A stretch of DNA of 47,072 nt from Alphaproteobacteria bacterium (GTDB lineage: Bacteria; Pseudomonadota; Alphaproteobacteria; ATCC43930; CGMCC-115725). The translations under genes and the position numbers were made by a program. The stretch is from NCBI GenBank assembly GCA_028866355.1, contig JAGWIH010000001.1, positions 1 to 47,072 on the forward strand, in the 5' to 3' direction. A model generated the notes under the pieces. The model was not told the origin of the DNA and made no database searches. It worked only from the letters and a program-made list of their open reading frames with translations. Shown piece after piece: positions 33,583 through 43,829 of this stretch. Numbering within the stretch: position 1 is the first letter of the stretch; each line of letters starts with the position of its first letter.

Positions 33583-34510
33583 ACCAGCGATAGGTTTCCC
33601 GGACGCCGTCTTCGAGCGTGATATGCGGCTGCCAGCCGAGGGCCGTCAGCCGACCGATGTCGACCCGTTTGCGGGGCGTGCCGTCGGGCTTGCCCGTGTC
33701 GAAAACCAGACGGCCGCGGAAGCCGGCGACGCGGCAAACCAGGTATGCCAGGTCGGCGATGCTGACTTCCTGGCCGCTGCCGACATTGACGATGTCTTCG
33801 CCGGAATAATTTTTCATCAAATGTACGAGGGCGTCGGCGCAGTCGTCGGCATGCAGGAATTCGCGCAGAGGACGGCCGCTGCCCCAGATTTCGACCGTCG
33901 GCGCGTCGTGCTCCACGGCGTCGTACGCTTTGGCGATCAGCGCCGGCAGGACGTGGCTCGAACGCAGGTCGAAATTGTCGCCGGTGCCGTAAAGATTGGT
34001 CGGCATCGCCGATATAAAGTCGCAGCCGTGCTGGCGGCGATAGGCCTGGGCCAGCTTGATGCCGGCGATCTTAGCGACCGCGTACCATTGGTTGGTCGGC
34101 TCGAGCGGGCCGGTAAGCAGCGAATCCTCGTGCATCGGCTGCGGCGCCAGGCGCGGATAGATGCACGTCGAGCCGAGAAAGAGCAGCTTTTCAACGCCGG
34201 TGCGCCGCGCCGCCTCGATCACGTTGGCCGCGATCATCAGGTTGTCGTAGATGAAATCCGCCGGCCGCGAATCGTTGGCATAGATGCCGCCGACCCGCGC
34301 CGCGGCGACAAACACAGCCTGAGGCCGGTTGGCCGTCATCCAGGCCTCGACCGCCGGCGCCTGGCGCAGGTCGCAGTCGACATGCCCCACGGTCAGGATC
34401 TCGCACTGCTCCGCCGCCAGGCGCCGCACCAGAGCAGCGCCAACCAACCCGCGATGGCCAGCAACCCAGACGCGCTTATTCTGCAGCGCGTATGGTGAAT
34501 TCGTCGGCAT
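33533..34510 (-). CDS. fcl: GDP-L-fucose synthase (GDP-4-keto-6-deoxymannose 3,5-epimerase/4-reductase)
   Basis: I placed the start at ATG 34510 ([27 protein letters not shown]...). The motifs are [15 protein letters not shown] (Y-xxx-K) and NLYGTGDNF. Only the last 325 codons of ORF 33533..35089 are used. Confidence 0.9.
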   Translation of the reverse strand: MPTNSPYALQNKRVWVAGHRGLVGAALVRRLAAEQCEILTVGHVDCDLRQAPAVEAWMTANRPQAVFVAAARVGGIYANDSRPADFIYDNLMIAANVIEAARRTGVEKLLFLGSTCIYPRLAPQPMHEDSLLTGPLEPTNQWYAVAKIAGIKLAQAYRRQHGCDFISAMPTNLYGTGDNFDLRSSHVLPALIAKAYDAVEHDAPTVEIWGSGRPLREFLHADDCADALVHLMKNYSGEDIVNVGSGQEVSIADLAYLVCRVAGFRGRLVFDTGKPDGTPRKRVDIGRLTALGWQPHITLEDGVRETYRWYAEHRRSVRRQQLEAV

Positions 34511-35561
34511 CGGAGTCTCCCCGTTTGAGCGCCCGCCGGTCGGCTTCGACCATCTCGGCGACCAACTGCTCGAAGCTGGTTTTATGGCGCCAGCCGAGAC
34601 GCTGCCGGGCCTTTTCGGGATTGCCGAGCAGCAGATCGACCTCGGTCGGGCGGTAGTAGTGGGGATCGATCGCAACCAGGCACTCGCCGCTGCGGTCGCA
34701 CAGGCCGCGCTCGTCGGCGCCAATTCCAGACCAGACGATCGTCCGGCCGATGCAGCGGAATGCTCGCTCGACGAATTCGCGGACTGTATGTGTCTCGCCG
34801 GTGGCGAGCACATAGTCGTCGGGTTTCTCCTGTTGGAGAATGAGCCACATCCCTTCGACATAGTCGCGGGCGTGGCCCCAATCGCGCTTCGCGTCGATGT
34901 TGCCGAGATAGAGCCGCTTTTGCGCGCCGCGCTCGATCGCAGCGACGGCGCGGCTGATCTTGCGGGTAACGAAGGTTTCGCCGCGGACCGGCGATTCATG
35001 ATTGAACAAGATGCCGTTCGACGCGTGCAGGCCATAGGCCTCGCGGTAATTGACCGTGATCCAATAGGCGTAAAGCTTGGCCACTGCATACGGGCTCCGC
35101 GGATAGAACGGCGTCACCTCGCGTTGCGGCGTCTCCATCACCTTGCCGAACAGCTCCGATGTCGAGGCTTGGTAGAACCGCACCCGGTCGGGCATCTTTA
35201 GGATACGGATGGCCTCCAACACACGAAGCGTGCCGAGCGCGTCGGTATTCGCCGTGTATTCCGGTGTCTCGAAGCTCACCTGAACGTGGCTCTGCGCGGC
35301 GAGATTGTAGACTTCGGTCGGCCGGGCTTCCTCCAGAACGCGCAGCAGATTGAGCGAATCCGTCATGTCGCCGTAATGCAGGACGAAGCGTCCGTCGCCT
35401 TCGTGCAAATCGCGGTAGAGATGATCGACGCGATGCGTGTTGATCAGCGACGCCCGGCGCTTGATACCGTGCACGGTGTAGCCGCGCCGGAGCAGGAACT
35501 CCGCGAGATAGGCGCCGTCCTGTCCGGTGATACCGGTAATCAACGCGATCTTGTCGGTCAT
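34476..35561 (-). CDS. gmd: GDP-mannose 4,6-dehydratase
   Basis: The key stretches are [72 protein letters not shown] and [12 protein letters not shown]. Confidence 0.95.
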   Translation of the reverse strand: MTDKIALITGITGQDGAYLAEFLLRRGYTVHGIKRRASLINTHRVDHLYRDLHEGDGRFVLHYGDMTDSLNLLRVLEEARPTEVYNLAAQSHVQVSFETPEYTANTDALGTLRVLEAIRILKMPDRVRFYQASTSELFGKVMETPQREVTPFYPRSPYAVAKLYAYWITVNYREAYGLHASNGILFNHESPVRGETFVTRKISRAVAAIERGAQKRLYLGNIDAKRDWGHARDYVEGMWLILQQEKPDDYVLATGETHTVREFVERAFRCIGRTIVWSGIGADERGLCDRSGECLVAIDPHYYRPTEVDLLLGNPEKARQRLGWRHKTSFEQLVAEMVEADRRALKRGDSDADEFTIRAAE

Positions 35562-35575
35562 TCAATGCACCTCGA

Positions 35576-36802
35576 TTAGATACAAGCAATCCGCTCGGCC
35601 ACGCGGTCCCACGAATAAGCGTTCATCACGTGGCGTTGGCCGCTTTCGCCCATCTGCTTGAGCCGCTCTGGATCGGCGACCGCACTCAGAATTCCAGCCG
35701 CAACGGCCTCCGGGGTCGCCTCGTCGACGAGAATCCCGTGCGAGCCATCTTCGACGATCTCGGGCAGGCCGTTGCGATTGAGGCCCAGGACTGGCGTGCG
35801 CGAGCACAGAGCCTCGAGATAGACCTGGCCCCATGGATCGTTGAGCATCGGTTGGGTCAGCAACGTCGCGTCGGCATAAAGTCGCCGCAGCGCATCCCAG
35901 CTGACGTTCCCCAGGAAGGTGATGTGCGGGTCACGCGGCACCTGGGTGCGGCTGCGCGGATCGCCGACGATCGTCAGGGTCAGATCGGGCCGGCTGCGGC
36001 GCGCCAGGGCAAAGGCGCGCAACAGCAGCGAGCCGCCTTTGGCCCGGAACAGGTGCTTGGCAACGAACAGCAGCCGTGCCGCGCGGTAATCCTTGGGGCC
36101 GAAATAGGGGGAGATATTGCCCATGCCCGAGCCGGCAACGGTGACCCGCCCGGCTGGCAGGCCGTAATGCTTGATGATGTTGTCGCGCGTCTGCGCGCTG
36201 AACGTGAAAACGTGTGCGACCGATGCCAGCGCCTCGCGCTCGAGCCGCTCATATTCCGCCAGCGCCCGCGGCGTGTAATGGCCGGCATCGGGCCGGTGGC
36301 GCAATGACAGGTTCCAGCTTTGGTCGCAGTAGAGATAATGGCGGATGTCCGGCAACAGATCGAACGCGGGTAGGTCGAGCGTTCCGGTGTGAATGACGTG
36401 ATTCACGCCCAGCCGCGCGGTCTCTTCGGCAACGGTGACGGCGTTATGGTCGCGCGCCGGCGTCGCGCGCAGCACCTGTTCGGTGGTCGAGAGCCGACCG
36501 TAGCCGTCGAGCAGCCACCGCGCGGCGTAAGCGAGCCGCCGTGCACGGCCGATCACCGGATGAATGGTTTCCACTTCGATACCCAGCCGCCGCAAAGCCG
36601 TCCCCAGGTTGTAGGGTGCGCCCGACCATGTCCGCCGATCGGCCGGGTCACCAAAAACACACGAAATCGCGACACGGTCGAATCGCAGTCGGCGCGTCGG
36701 CGGCGGCGCGGTTCGGATGAGCTCAGCAGGATGAAGATGAACCGTCGGCACGTGGCGTCTGTTTTTTCGTCCCCGGTCCGAACCGGCGTTTGAGGGAAAC
36801 AT
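35576..36802 (-). CDS. glycosyltransferase, GT4 family
   Basis: The C-terminal Glycos_transf_1 pattern is LLFVAKHLFRAKGG...LTIVGDP...DPWGQVYLEALCSRTPVLGLNRNGLPEIVEDG. The N-terminal ~40 codons from ATG 36802 are Arg-rich, so the true start may lie further in. Confidence 0.8.
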   Translation of the reverse strand: MFPSNAGSDRGRKNRRHVPTVHLHPAELIRTAPPPTRRLRFDRVAISCVFGDPADRRTWSGAPYNLGTALRRLGIEVETIHPVIGRARRLAYAARWLLDGYGRLSTTEQVLRATPARDHNAVTVAEETARLGVNHVIHTGTLDLPAFDLLPDIRHYLYCDQSWNLSLRHRPDAGHYTPRALAEYERLEREALASVAHVFTFSAQTRDNIIKHYGLPAGRVTVAGSGMGNISPYFGPKDYRAARLLFVAKHLFRAKGGSLLLRAFALARRSRPDLTLTIVGDPRSRTQVPRDPHITFLGNVSWDALRRLYADATLLTQPMLNDPWGQVYLEALCSRTPVLGLNRNGLPEIVEDGSHGILVDEATPEAVAAGILSAVADPERLKQMGESGQRHVMNAYSWDRVAERIACI

Positions 36803-36958
36803 CGCCGCACTCCGCGTCGCCAGTGATCAACGTGTGGCGTTTGTGCACGCTAAAAATGGCGCTGCCGTGGGTAACACAGAATGGTCACATTGGAGAGAAC
36901 GGCGCGCGGGCAATAATTTTTAGCTGGCCAGTCAGGGCAGCGGCGCCGCACGGAGACC

Positions 36959-38215
36959 GTGGCAGTGTTGCACTCGACCGATAACCGGGTCCTGATTTTT
37001 TTCGCGCCGGACATCACCGAAACCAATACCGTTAAACGCGTTCAGGAATTCGTCGACAACGGCATCGCGCCGGTGATCTTCGGCTTTCGGCGTGGACGCT
37101 ATAACGCGCGCTACCGACCGGATTGTCCGTATGTCCTGCTCGGCGCAACGCATGACGCGCGGTATTGGCACCGCCTACGGGCATTGGTCGGTGCGGTGCC
37201 ACGCCTGCTCGCCAATCGGCACCAGCTGCGGGCGGCCGCCGTGTTTTACGCGCGCAATATCGACCAACTGGCGCTTGCATTGCTGGCGCGCCGGCTTTTC
37301 AACCCGACCGTTCCCGTCGGCTACGAGGTTCTCGACATCCAGCCGCCGTTCGTCTCGCGGCGCTGGCGCGCGGCGGTGCTGCGCTGGTTCGAAAGGTGGT
37401 GCCTGCGCCGTATCCGCGTTCTGGTTGTGTCGTCGCCGGCGTTCTATCGCAATTTCTATGCGTCACGCCAAGGCTATGCCGGCGAATGGTTCGTACTCGA
37501 GAACAAGCTGCATCGCTCGGCGCTGACGCATCGGCCGCCACCGGTCGCGACGCCGGCACCACGGCCGGCCGGCGATTACCGCTGGACCGTCGGGTACTTC
37601 GGCCTCATCCGCGGCGAGGAAACGTTCGCGCTGATGCTGCGTCTGGCGCGGCGACTGCGCCATCGCGTTCTGTTCCGCTTTGGTGGCATTTTCACGACCG
37701 TGCGCGAGACGCGCTTCCGCGCCGCGCTCGATCGCCAGCCGAACATGGTTTATGACGGCGAGTACGCAAATCCCGAGGGGCTGGCGGCGCTCTATGGCGG
37801 CGTCGATTTCGTTTGGGCGCTCGATCTCGAAAATACCGCGGACAATTCGCGCTGGCTGTTGCCGAACCGCTTCTACGAGGCGGGGCTGTTCGGCGTGCCG
37901 TGCCTGGCGGTGCGCGGTTTCGAGTTCGGCAACATGCTCGAACGCACGCGCATCGGTTGGACTTTTGCCGACCCCCTCGAAGAGTCGCTGACGAATTTCT
38001 TCGAGACACTCACCGCCGCCGACTATCTCCAGAAGCGGCATCGGTTGGCGGCGCTCCCGCGCAGCACATTCGTCGCCGACGAGGACGCGGCGGCGCTTTG
38101 CCGCATCCTTACCGGACCGCAGACGGATCGGATGACCGTGGTGTACCCGACTTTTCCGGGTCGCGACCATGCGCTGGCGCGCGACGCGGCGTATCTGCGG
38201 CGTCGGTCGTTGTAA
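36959..38215 (+). CDS. putative glycosyltransferase-like protein (GT-B-like, atypical)
   Basis: It has a GTG start. Its size and layout resemble a GT-B enzyme (VLIFFAPDITE...; C-terminal half VGYFGLIRGEETF...LLPNRFYEAGLFGVPCLA). There is no classical E-x7-E, so the assignment is tentative. Confidence 0.45.
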   Translation: MAVLHSTDNRVLIFFAPDITETNTVKRVQEFVDNGIAPVIFGFRRGRYNARYRPDCPYVLLGATHDARYWHRLRALVGAVPRLLANRHQLRAAAVFYARNIDQLALALLARRLFNPTVPVGYEVLDIQPPFVSRRWRAAVLRWFERWCLRRIRVLVVSSPAFYRNFYASRQGYAGEWFVLENKLHRSALTHRPPPVATPAPRPAGDYRWTVGYFGLIRGEETFALMLRLARRLRHRVLFRFGGIFTTVRETRFRAALDRQPNMVYDGEYANPEGLAALYGGVDFVWALDLENTADNSRWLLPNRFYEAGLFGVPCLAVRGFEFGNMLERTRIGWTFADPLEESLTNFFETLTAADYLQKRHRLAALPRSTFVADEDAAALCRILTGPQTDRMTVVYPTFPGRDHALARDAAYLRRRSL

Positions 38216-38539
38216 CGAATTCCTTCAACAACGCGTCGGCTACCTTGGTTGTGCCGCACGATCAGTCCGTGCGGTCCCATGCTGCCGTGTGACAAAGCTG
38301 TGATTCGTCGGCCGTGACCACGCTGGTCACTGGCCGGTGGGATATCACGCGTGCGTGATGCCGTTGGGCCAAACATCCATCGACATCAACGGCACCTGAT
38401 TAGTGGCTTTCTGTCGTCGAACACTTCCCCTGTCGCACACGCCGGTAGGACCGCCGCGTTTCCCAAACATTCGAATTGTCGTCACGATGTCCGGCTCGGA
38501 TAACACAAGCAGCCGGCGAATAAATCGCGAGCTTCGGTA

Positions 38540-39892
38540 ATGCGCGAAGGTGGAGGCGTTCTTCCGGATGCCGGCTCTCGCGTCTCTGAGGGTCTCAAGA
38601 TCCTTCATCTCAGCACGTTTGACGGCGACGACGGCGCCGCACGCGGGTCGCTGTGGCTGCACCACGCGTTGCGGACGCGCGGTTGCAATTCGCGAATGGT
38701 CGTCGGTTGCAAACGCGGCAGTGATCCGACGGTGTCGCAGTTGCCCGGATCGCTCATGCGGCTCTGGGCCATGGCACGGATGAAATTCGACGCGCTGCCG
38801 CTGAATCGCTATCGCGGACATGGGCCGATGGCGTCGTTCTGGACCGTCGGCTGGCTGCCCAGTCGATTGGGTGCCCTCGCCAAACAGTTCACGCCCGACA
38901 TCGTCCATCTCCATTGGGTTGGTGCCGGCTTTTTTCCGGTGCGCGCCTTGAAGCAATTCAGCTGTCCGGTGGTCTGGACGTTGCGCGACATGTGGCCATT
39001 TACCGGCGGGTGCCACTACACCAGCGGATGCACCCGGTACCAACATGCCTGCGGCGCTTGTCCGCAGCTGCATTCCGATCAGGACGACGACCTCAGCCGC
39101 GCGATCTGGCGCGGCAAACAACGCCACTGGTCCGACGCCGATTTATGGCTCGTACCGATCAGCGACTGGTTGGCCGATTGCGCCCGTGCCAGCACGCTGC
39201 TCCGCCACTATCCGATCGAAGTGATCCCGAACGGCGTCGATCTCGACCGTTTCCAGCCGATCGAGAAGCGCCAGGCACGGCAATATTGCGGTCTTCCACC
39301 CGACCGCCCGATCATCATTTACGGCGCAATGCGCGCGACCCGCGATCCGCGCAAGGGGTTTCGCGAATTGCTTGCGGCGTTGGGAAAATTCCGCGGCGCG
39401 ACGGAACGTTCCGACGTTATGCTTGTGGTTTTCGGCGATCTTCGGCATGGCGATCTGCCCGATCTTGGCATCGAATCGCGGTATCTCGGCTATATCGACG
39501 ACGACGTCCGTCTAGCGCAGCTTTATGCGAGCGCTGACGTCGCGGTCATGCCGTCGCTTCAGGAGGCCTTCGGCAAGACTGTCGTCGAGGCGATGGCGTG
39601 CGGCACGCCGGTGGTCGCTTTCGACACCGGCGGGCCGCGCGACATCGTCGATCACCGTGTCGATGGGTATCTGGCCGAGCCGTTCAGCGCCGACGATCTT
39701 GCCCGTGGGATCGCCTGGTGCCTCGATGAAGTCCGACAGGGTACGCCGCTCGGAACACGGGCGCGGGTCAAAGCGGCATCGAAGTTCGATATCGATACGG
39801 TCGCCGCCCGCTATCACGCGCTCTATCGGACCGCCGTTGCGGCGAGGCGCACACCCACCATCGTCGCGGCGCCGCGCCTGGCCAACGCCTGA
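38540..39892 (+). CDS. glycosyltransferase, GT4 family
   Basis: It has an ATG start. The sequence includes LKILHLSTFDGDDGAARGS and a Cys cluster, GGCHYTSGCTRYQHACGACP. The C-terminal motif is PSLQEAFGKTVVEAMACGTPVVAFDTGGPRDIV. Confidence 0.85.
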   Translation: MREGGGVLPDAGSRVSEGLKILHLSTFDGDDGAARGSLWLHHALRTRGCNSRMVVGCKRGSDPTVSQLPGSLMRLWAMARMKFDALPLNRYRGHGPMASFWTVGWLPSRLGALAKQFTPDIVHLHWVGAGFFPVRALKQFSCPVVWTLRDMWPFTGGCHYTSGCTRYQHACGACPQLHSDQDDDLSRAIWRGKQRHWSDADLWLVPISDWLADCARASTLLRHYPIEVIPNGVDLDRFQPIEKRQARQYCGLPPDRPIIIYGAMRATRDPRKGFRELLAALGKFRGATERSDVMLVVFGDLRHGDLPDLGIESRYLGYIDDDVRLAQLYASADVAVMPSLQEAFGKTVVEAMACGTPVVAFDTGGPRDIVDHRVDGYLAEPFSADDLARGIAWCLDEVRQGTPLGTRARVKAASKFDIDTVAARYHALYRTAVAARRTPTIVAAPRLANA

Positions 39893-39901
39893 CGCCGGCG
39901 T

Positions 39902-40816
39902 TCAGGGTTTACGCAGAATGACGAGAATGTTGTTTCCGGGCTCGCGCGTCCGCGCGTATGCAAAGCCCATCAGCGCGCTCGCGACCCGTCGTGCCGCGCG
40001 GTAGACAAAGGCGCCGCGCGTCGCGTCGGTCACCGTGTCGTTGAGTTCGAAATAGCGCTTCTCGACGTAAATTTGTTCGACTGCCAAGCCGTACAATTGC
40101 GCCAAGCGCTCGTAAACCGGCGCCGAGAAATGGCCCATATGGTGCGGCGGAAGATCGAAAGCGTCTTCGCGCCGCGCCAGCATCGCCGACGCGTGGTTAG
40201 GCGTGGCCAGCGCCAGAATTCCGCCGGACCGCAGGCATTTGATGCAGGCCGCGAGGAACGTGTCGGGTGCTACGACGTGCTCGAGAACTTGGAAACTGCA
40301 CACCAAGCTGAAGCATTCCGACGCGGCCGCCGCAACCTGCTCGATCGCGGACTCGACAATCGGAAACCGCGTCACCTTGTCGTCGATCGCCGCGCGGTTG
40401 AATTCGATGCCGATCGCGTCGGCGACGCGGCCTTCGAGACTGCGCAGAAAGAAGCCGCGGCCGCATCCGATCTCAAGCACACGGTCCGGCAGCGCTGCCA
40501 ACCGCCGGATAAACGGATATTCCCAGCGTTCGGCGTGATAATAGTCCGGCGACTGCCGCGCCAAATAGCGATAGAACCGCTCGTCGCCGGCGATCGACGC
40601 GGGACGCCAGAATCGATAGCCGGTTGCGCGACATTCGAAGAGTTGGATTTCTCGCAGGCTTCCGAACCAGGGCGCGACGTCGGCGCCGCACTTGCGGCGA
40701 TAAGCGGCAACGAGATCGCCGACCGGAAGGGACAACACGAGATCGGATGGTCCAAAGGGCCCATCCGTCGTTGTGGCCATGTCCGTGGGCCGGCTTTGGG
40801 CCGCCGCCAGGCTCAT
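39902..40816 (-). CDS. class I SAM-dependent methyltransferase
   Basis: It forms an ATGA overlap with the upstream GT gene. The SAM motif I is VLEIGCGRGFFL, and the post-I/II elements are AIGIEFN and LRSGGILALATPN. Confidence 0.8.
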   Translation of the reverse strand: MSLAAAQSRPTDMATTTDGPFGPSDLVLSLPVGDLVAAYRRKCGADVAPWFGSLREIQLFECRATGYRFWRPASIAGDERFYRYLARQSPDYYHAERWEYPFIRRLAALPDRVLEIGCGRGFFLRSLEGRVADAIGIEFNRAAIDDKVTRFPIVESAIEQVAAAASECFSLVCSFQVLEHVVAPDTFLAACIKCLRSGGILALATPNHASAMLARREDAFDLPPHHMGHFSAPVYERLAQLYGLAVEQIYVEKRYFELNDTVTDATRGAFVYRAARRVASALMGFAYARTREPGNNILVILRKP

Positions 40817-42084
40817 AGCAGCGACCGATAATGCTGTTGCAGCCGCCGGTTCAGGCCCTGCACGTCGAATTCTGCCGCCACTTTCGCACGTCCGGCGGCG
40901 CTGAGCCGGGCGCAGAGGGCCGGGTCGCGCGCCAGGGCCAGCAACGCATTTGCCAGGCCGTCGACGTCGCGCTCATCCGCCAGCAGACCCGAAGCGCCAT
41001 GCTCGACGATCTCGTCGACGCCGGCGTGGCGTGTCGCCACCACGGCCAAACCGGTCGCCATTGCCTCTTTAAGGACGACGGGCGAACCTTCCTGGTCGCC
41101 GTTGGCGCCCGTGATGCTGGGAAACAGCAGCGCGTCCATCTCGCCCATCAAGGCAATGATTTCGTCCTGGGTCTTCCAACCGCAAAAGGTCACCCGATCG
41201 GCGATGCCGCGCTCGCGCGCCAGCGATACCAGAGGCGCACGCAAGGGACCGTCGCCAACGATGACGTACCGGATGGCCGTGCCCGCCGCGGCCGCCTGCG
41301 CCACGGCGCGCAGGCCATAGGCGACGCCTTTTTTGTCGACCAGCCGCGCCACCGTCAAAACCGCGAGCGGGTGCGCCGGGTCCGGCCGCCGTTGCCGGAA
41401 CGGAAACCGCGTCAGGTCGACGCCCAAATGATGAACTCGGATCCGGTCGGGATCACAACCGTGGCGGACTAGCCGCCGGCCCAGATGCGCCGAGACGGGC
41501 AGGAACAGATCACCGACGCGAAACAGGTGATGATAGAGGTTGGGATCCTGGTCGAGACAGGCGCTGGCGTCGACGCCGTGGAAATTGACGACGACGCGGC
41601 CGCGGATCGCGCCGATCTCGCGCAAGAACGCGGCGGTGCGCCCGGTCAGGCCGAAATGGCAATGAATGATGTCGAACGGCGGATGGTCGACCAGGCGGTC
41701 CGTCCAGTGCAACAGCGCCAGGGATCGAGCTTCCTCTTGGTAGCGCGGATCGAGCGCGCGCAACGCCGGCCGCGCCAGTCGGCGGCGGATTAGAATTCGA
41801 GAGGCGCCGAGGATTCGTGCGGCGCGATTGGCCGGCATCGCGCGGTAACGCAGCCGCTCGTTGAGTCGATAGCGGCGGAAATCGGCATGCACCGACGGAT
41901 CGCCGGCGCGCGGCAGATTGGCGAAGATCGTCACGTCGTTGCCGGCGTCGAGCAGGCCGGTGATGTGGCTGAGGACGAATGTCTCGCTAAGCGCCGGAAA
42001 CTCGTTCGCGAAGACCGCCACCCGTAGCGGCCGCTCCGTCGGTTGTTTCATCGCCGTCATCGCCGGCTCGCGCACGTCAAGCAT
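40813..42084 (-). CDS. glycosyltransferase, GT4 family (WcaL-like)
   Basis: The N-terminus is LRVAVFANEFPALSETFVLSHITGLLDAGNDVTIF. The C-terminal motif is PSITGANGDQEGSPVVLKEAMATGLAVVATRHAGVDEIV. The start is ATG 42084 (8-nt overlap with wzx copy 2) or ATG 42060. Confidence 0.85.
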   Translation of the reverse strand: MLDVREPAMTAMKQPTERPLRVAVFANEFPALSETFVLSHITGLLDAGNDVTIFANLPRAGDPSVHADFRRYRLNERLRYRAMPANRAARILGASRILIRRRLARPALRALDPRYQEEARSLALLHWTDRLVDHPPFDIIHCHFGLTGRTAAFLREIGAIRGRVVVNFHGVDASACLDQDPNLYHHLFRVGDLFLPVSAHLGRRLVRHGCDPDRIRVHHLGVDLTRFPFRQRRPDPAHPLAVLTVARLVDKKGVAYGLRAVAQAAAAGTAIRYVIVGDGPLRAPLVSLARERGIADRVTFCGWKTQDEIIALMGEMDALLFPSITGANGDQEGSPVVLKEAMATGLAVVATRHAGVDEIVEHGASGLLADERDVDGLANALLALARDPALCARLSAAGRAKVAAEFDVQGLNRRLQQHYRSLL

Positions 42085-43666
42085 TGGCGCGGCGGCGAAT
42101 CAGGAATTGCGGCAAGGCGGCGAATTCCGCCAGGGCCTTTCGGCTTTGCGGCATGATGGCGAAGCAAGCGAGGGCCACCAGGGCAGCGATCGCCACCGCA
42201 AGCGCCAGCGCCGCTACGGCGGTCATGCTGTTGAGAATCCCGGCGCGCTGCGCCAGGACGAGCGCCACGACGATCGCCACCGACGCGCCGGCCGACGGCA
42301 GCATGCTGCGCACCAGGTCGCCCAACGACACCGGGCCGTGTCGCCCCACCGCCCAGAACAATAAGGGTATGCGCACCACGAGCCCGCCGGCGGCAATACT
42401 GGCGGCGACGCCGACCGGCCCGAACGGCAGACCAACGACGATGAGTGCAGCGTTGAGCGCCGAACCGATCAGGCCCCAGCGGAGCATTTCCGCCGTCCGA
42501 TCCTGCGTCATGAACAGCCAGCTACAGGTATAGCCGATCGGCTGGTAGAGGGCGGCGACACCGAGCCAAGCGACGATCGGCGTGGCGGCAAGCCAATTTG
42601 GGCCGAACAGGACGCGCACCACGAGGCCGGGAACTGCGATGAGCAGCGCGGCGCAGGGCATAGTCACCATGTTCAGCTTCTCGACGGTGCCGAGATAGGC
42701 GCGCCGGTAGAGCGCGGGCTGGTCCGCCAACCGGCTCAGTGTCGGCATGGCAACCGAGAACAGCGGCGCGTTGAGGTTGTTGATCGGCAGGAGAAGGATT
42801 TTGTACGCACGCTCGTAAAGACCAAGCGGCGTCGAGCCCCAATACCAGCCGATCAGCATCTGGTCGAGATTGCGGACGAACGTGCCGACGAGATTCGACC
42901 CGGTGACATGACCGCCGAAGCGCAGCAAGTCGCGCACACGCCGGAATCCCGCGGGCCGACCCGGTCGCCATGAACAGAACATCCACGCGCCGGCCAGAAG
43001 ACACAACGCCCAGACCAGCCGCTGCGCCACGAGCGCCCAATAATCGGCGCCGGCGAATGCGGCGGCGACGGCGACCGCCATGCCGATGATCTCCGACCAC
43101 ATCAGGATCATCGCCAAGGCGGTAAAGCGCATCTGACGCCGCAAGACCGCCAGATGCTGAGTCGACAGGCCGCTGAGCACGAAGCCGACAGCCAACCAGA
43201 GCGTGACGCTGACCAGGGCAGGTTCGCCGTAGAACCACGCCAGCACCGGCGCGAGTGGAATCATCAGAAGCCCCGCGGCGACGCCGAGGCCGGCGTTCAC
43301 CCAGAACAGGGCGCTGGTATCCGCGTGGGTGATATGTGGGCGCTGGACGGTTGCGGCGGAGAGGCCAAAATCCTTGAACAGCTCGAGAAATGCGATGACG
43401 ACCGCGACCATCGCGACAAGACCGAATGCTTCGGGGCGCAGCAGCCGCGCCAGGACGACAGTCACGCCGAACTGCGCCACGACCTTGGCGAGTTGTGCGC
43501 CGACGGTGATCATGCCACCGCGAACCGAACGACCGGTCATGTCCTGCTGCAGATGATCGGTGCGCAGATGTGTGTCGGGATCTGGCCGCAATGACGCTGC
43601 GGCGACGCGATGACGGGACCGGTCGTCCACTGACTGCCGACTCCTTCCACGCCGTTCGCGGCGCAT
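42077..43666 (-). CDS. Wzx-type oligosaccharide flippase (MOP superfamily), copy 2
   Basis: It is a paralogue of 32023..33582 (TGRSVRGGMITVGAQLAKVVAQFGVTVVLARLLRPEAFGLVAMV...FGLSAATV...ALFWVNA). I set the start at ATG 43666 by comparison with copy 1. The ORF-track start 43909 would run into the divergent methyltransferase gene, and ATG 43540 is another option. Confidence 0.7.
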   Translation of the reverse strand: MRRERRGRSRQSVDDRSRHRVAAASLRPDPDTHLRTDHLQQDMTGRSVRGGMITVGAQLAKVVAQFGVTVVLARLLRPEAFGLVAMVAVVIAFLELFKDFGLSAATVQRPHITHADTSALFWVNAGLGVAAGLLMIPLAPVLAWFYGEPALVSVTLWLAVGFVLSGLSTQHLAVLRRQMRFTALAMILMWSEIIGMAVAVAAAFAGADYWALVAQRLVWALCLLAGAWMFCSWRPGRPAGFRRVRDLLRFGGHVTGSNLVGTFVRNLDQMLIGWYWGSTPLGLYERAYKILLLPINNLNAPLFSVAMPTLSRLADQPALYRRAYLGTVEKLNMVTMPCAALLIAVPGLVVRVLFGPNWLAATPIVAWLGVAALYQPIGYTCSWLFMTQDRTAEMLRWGLIGSALNAALIVVGLPFGPVGVAASIAAGGLVVRIPLLFWAVGRHGPVSLGDLVRSMLPSAGASVAIVVALVLAQRAGILNSMTAVAALALAVAIAALVALACFAIMPQSRKALAEFAALPQFLIRRRANA

Positions 43667-43829
43667 ACAACTCACCCGCGCGCCGGGCCGCTGACTCGGC
43701 ACAGGATTTACTGAAACGGCCCATCGTTCGGGCCGCGAGTGATCAATCTGTGTCGATCGGATTGCCACGTAACGGCCACTGGCGCGCGCTATTCGCGGCT
43801 GGTCTAGTGCAGCGCCTTTTTTGTTCTGG

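Noticed and set aside
33533-35089. A 518-codon ORF appears to fuse something to the fucose synthase.
   Set aside because: Only the last 325 codons (from ATG 34510) are Fcl. The upstream part is an out-of-frame read through gmd with a nonsensical Arg/Ser-rich translation.
38216-38539. A 324-nt lower-GC gap between two plus-strand glycosyltransferase genes contains two short hairpins (CCGCACG..CGTGCGG and GTGACCA-cgc-TGGTCAC). It could be a small gene or ncRNA.
   Set aside because: No ORF there has an RBS or a plausible product, and the hairpins are 7 bp without U-tracts. It is most simply a terminator/promoter spacer, with no positive evidence for an RNA gene.
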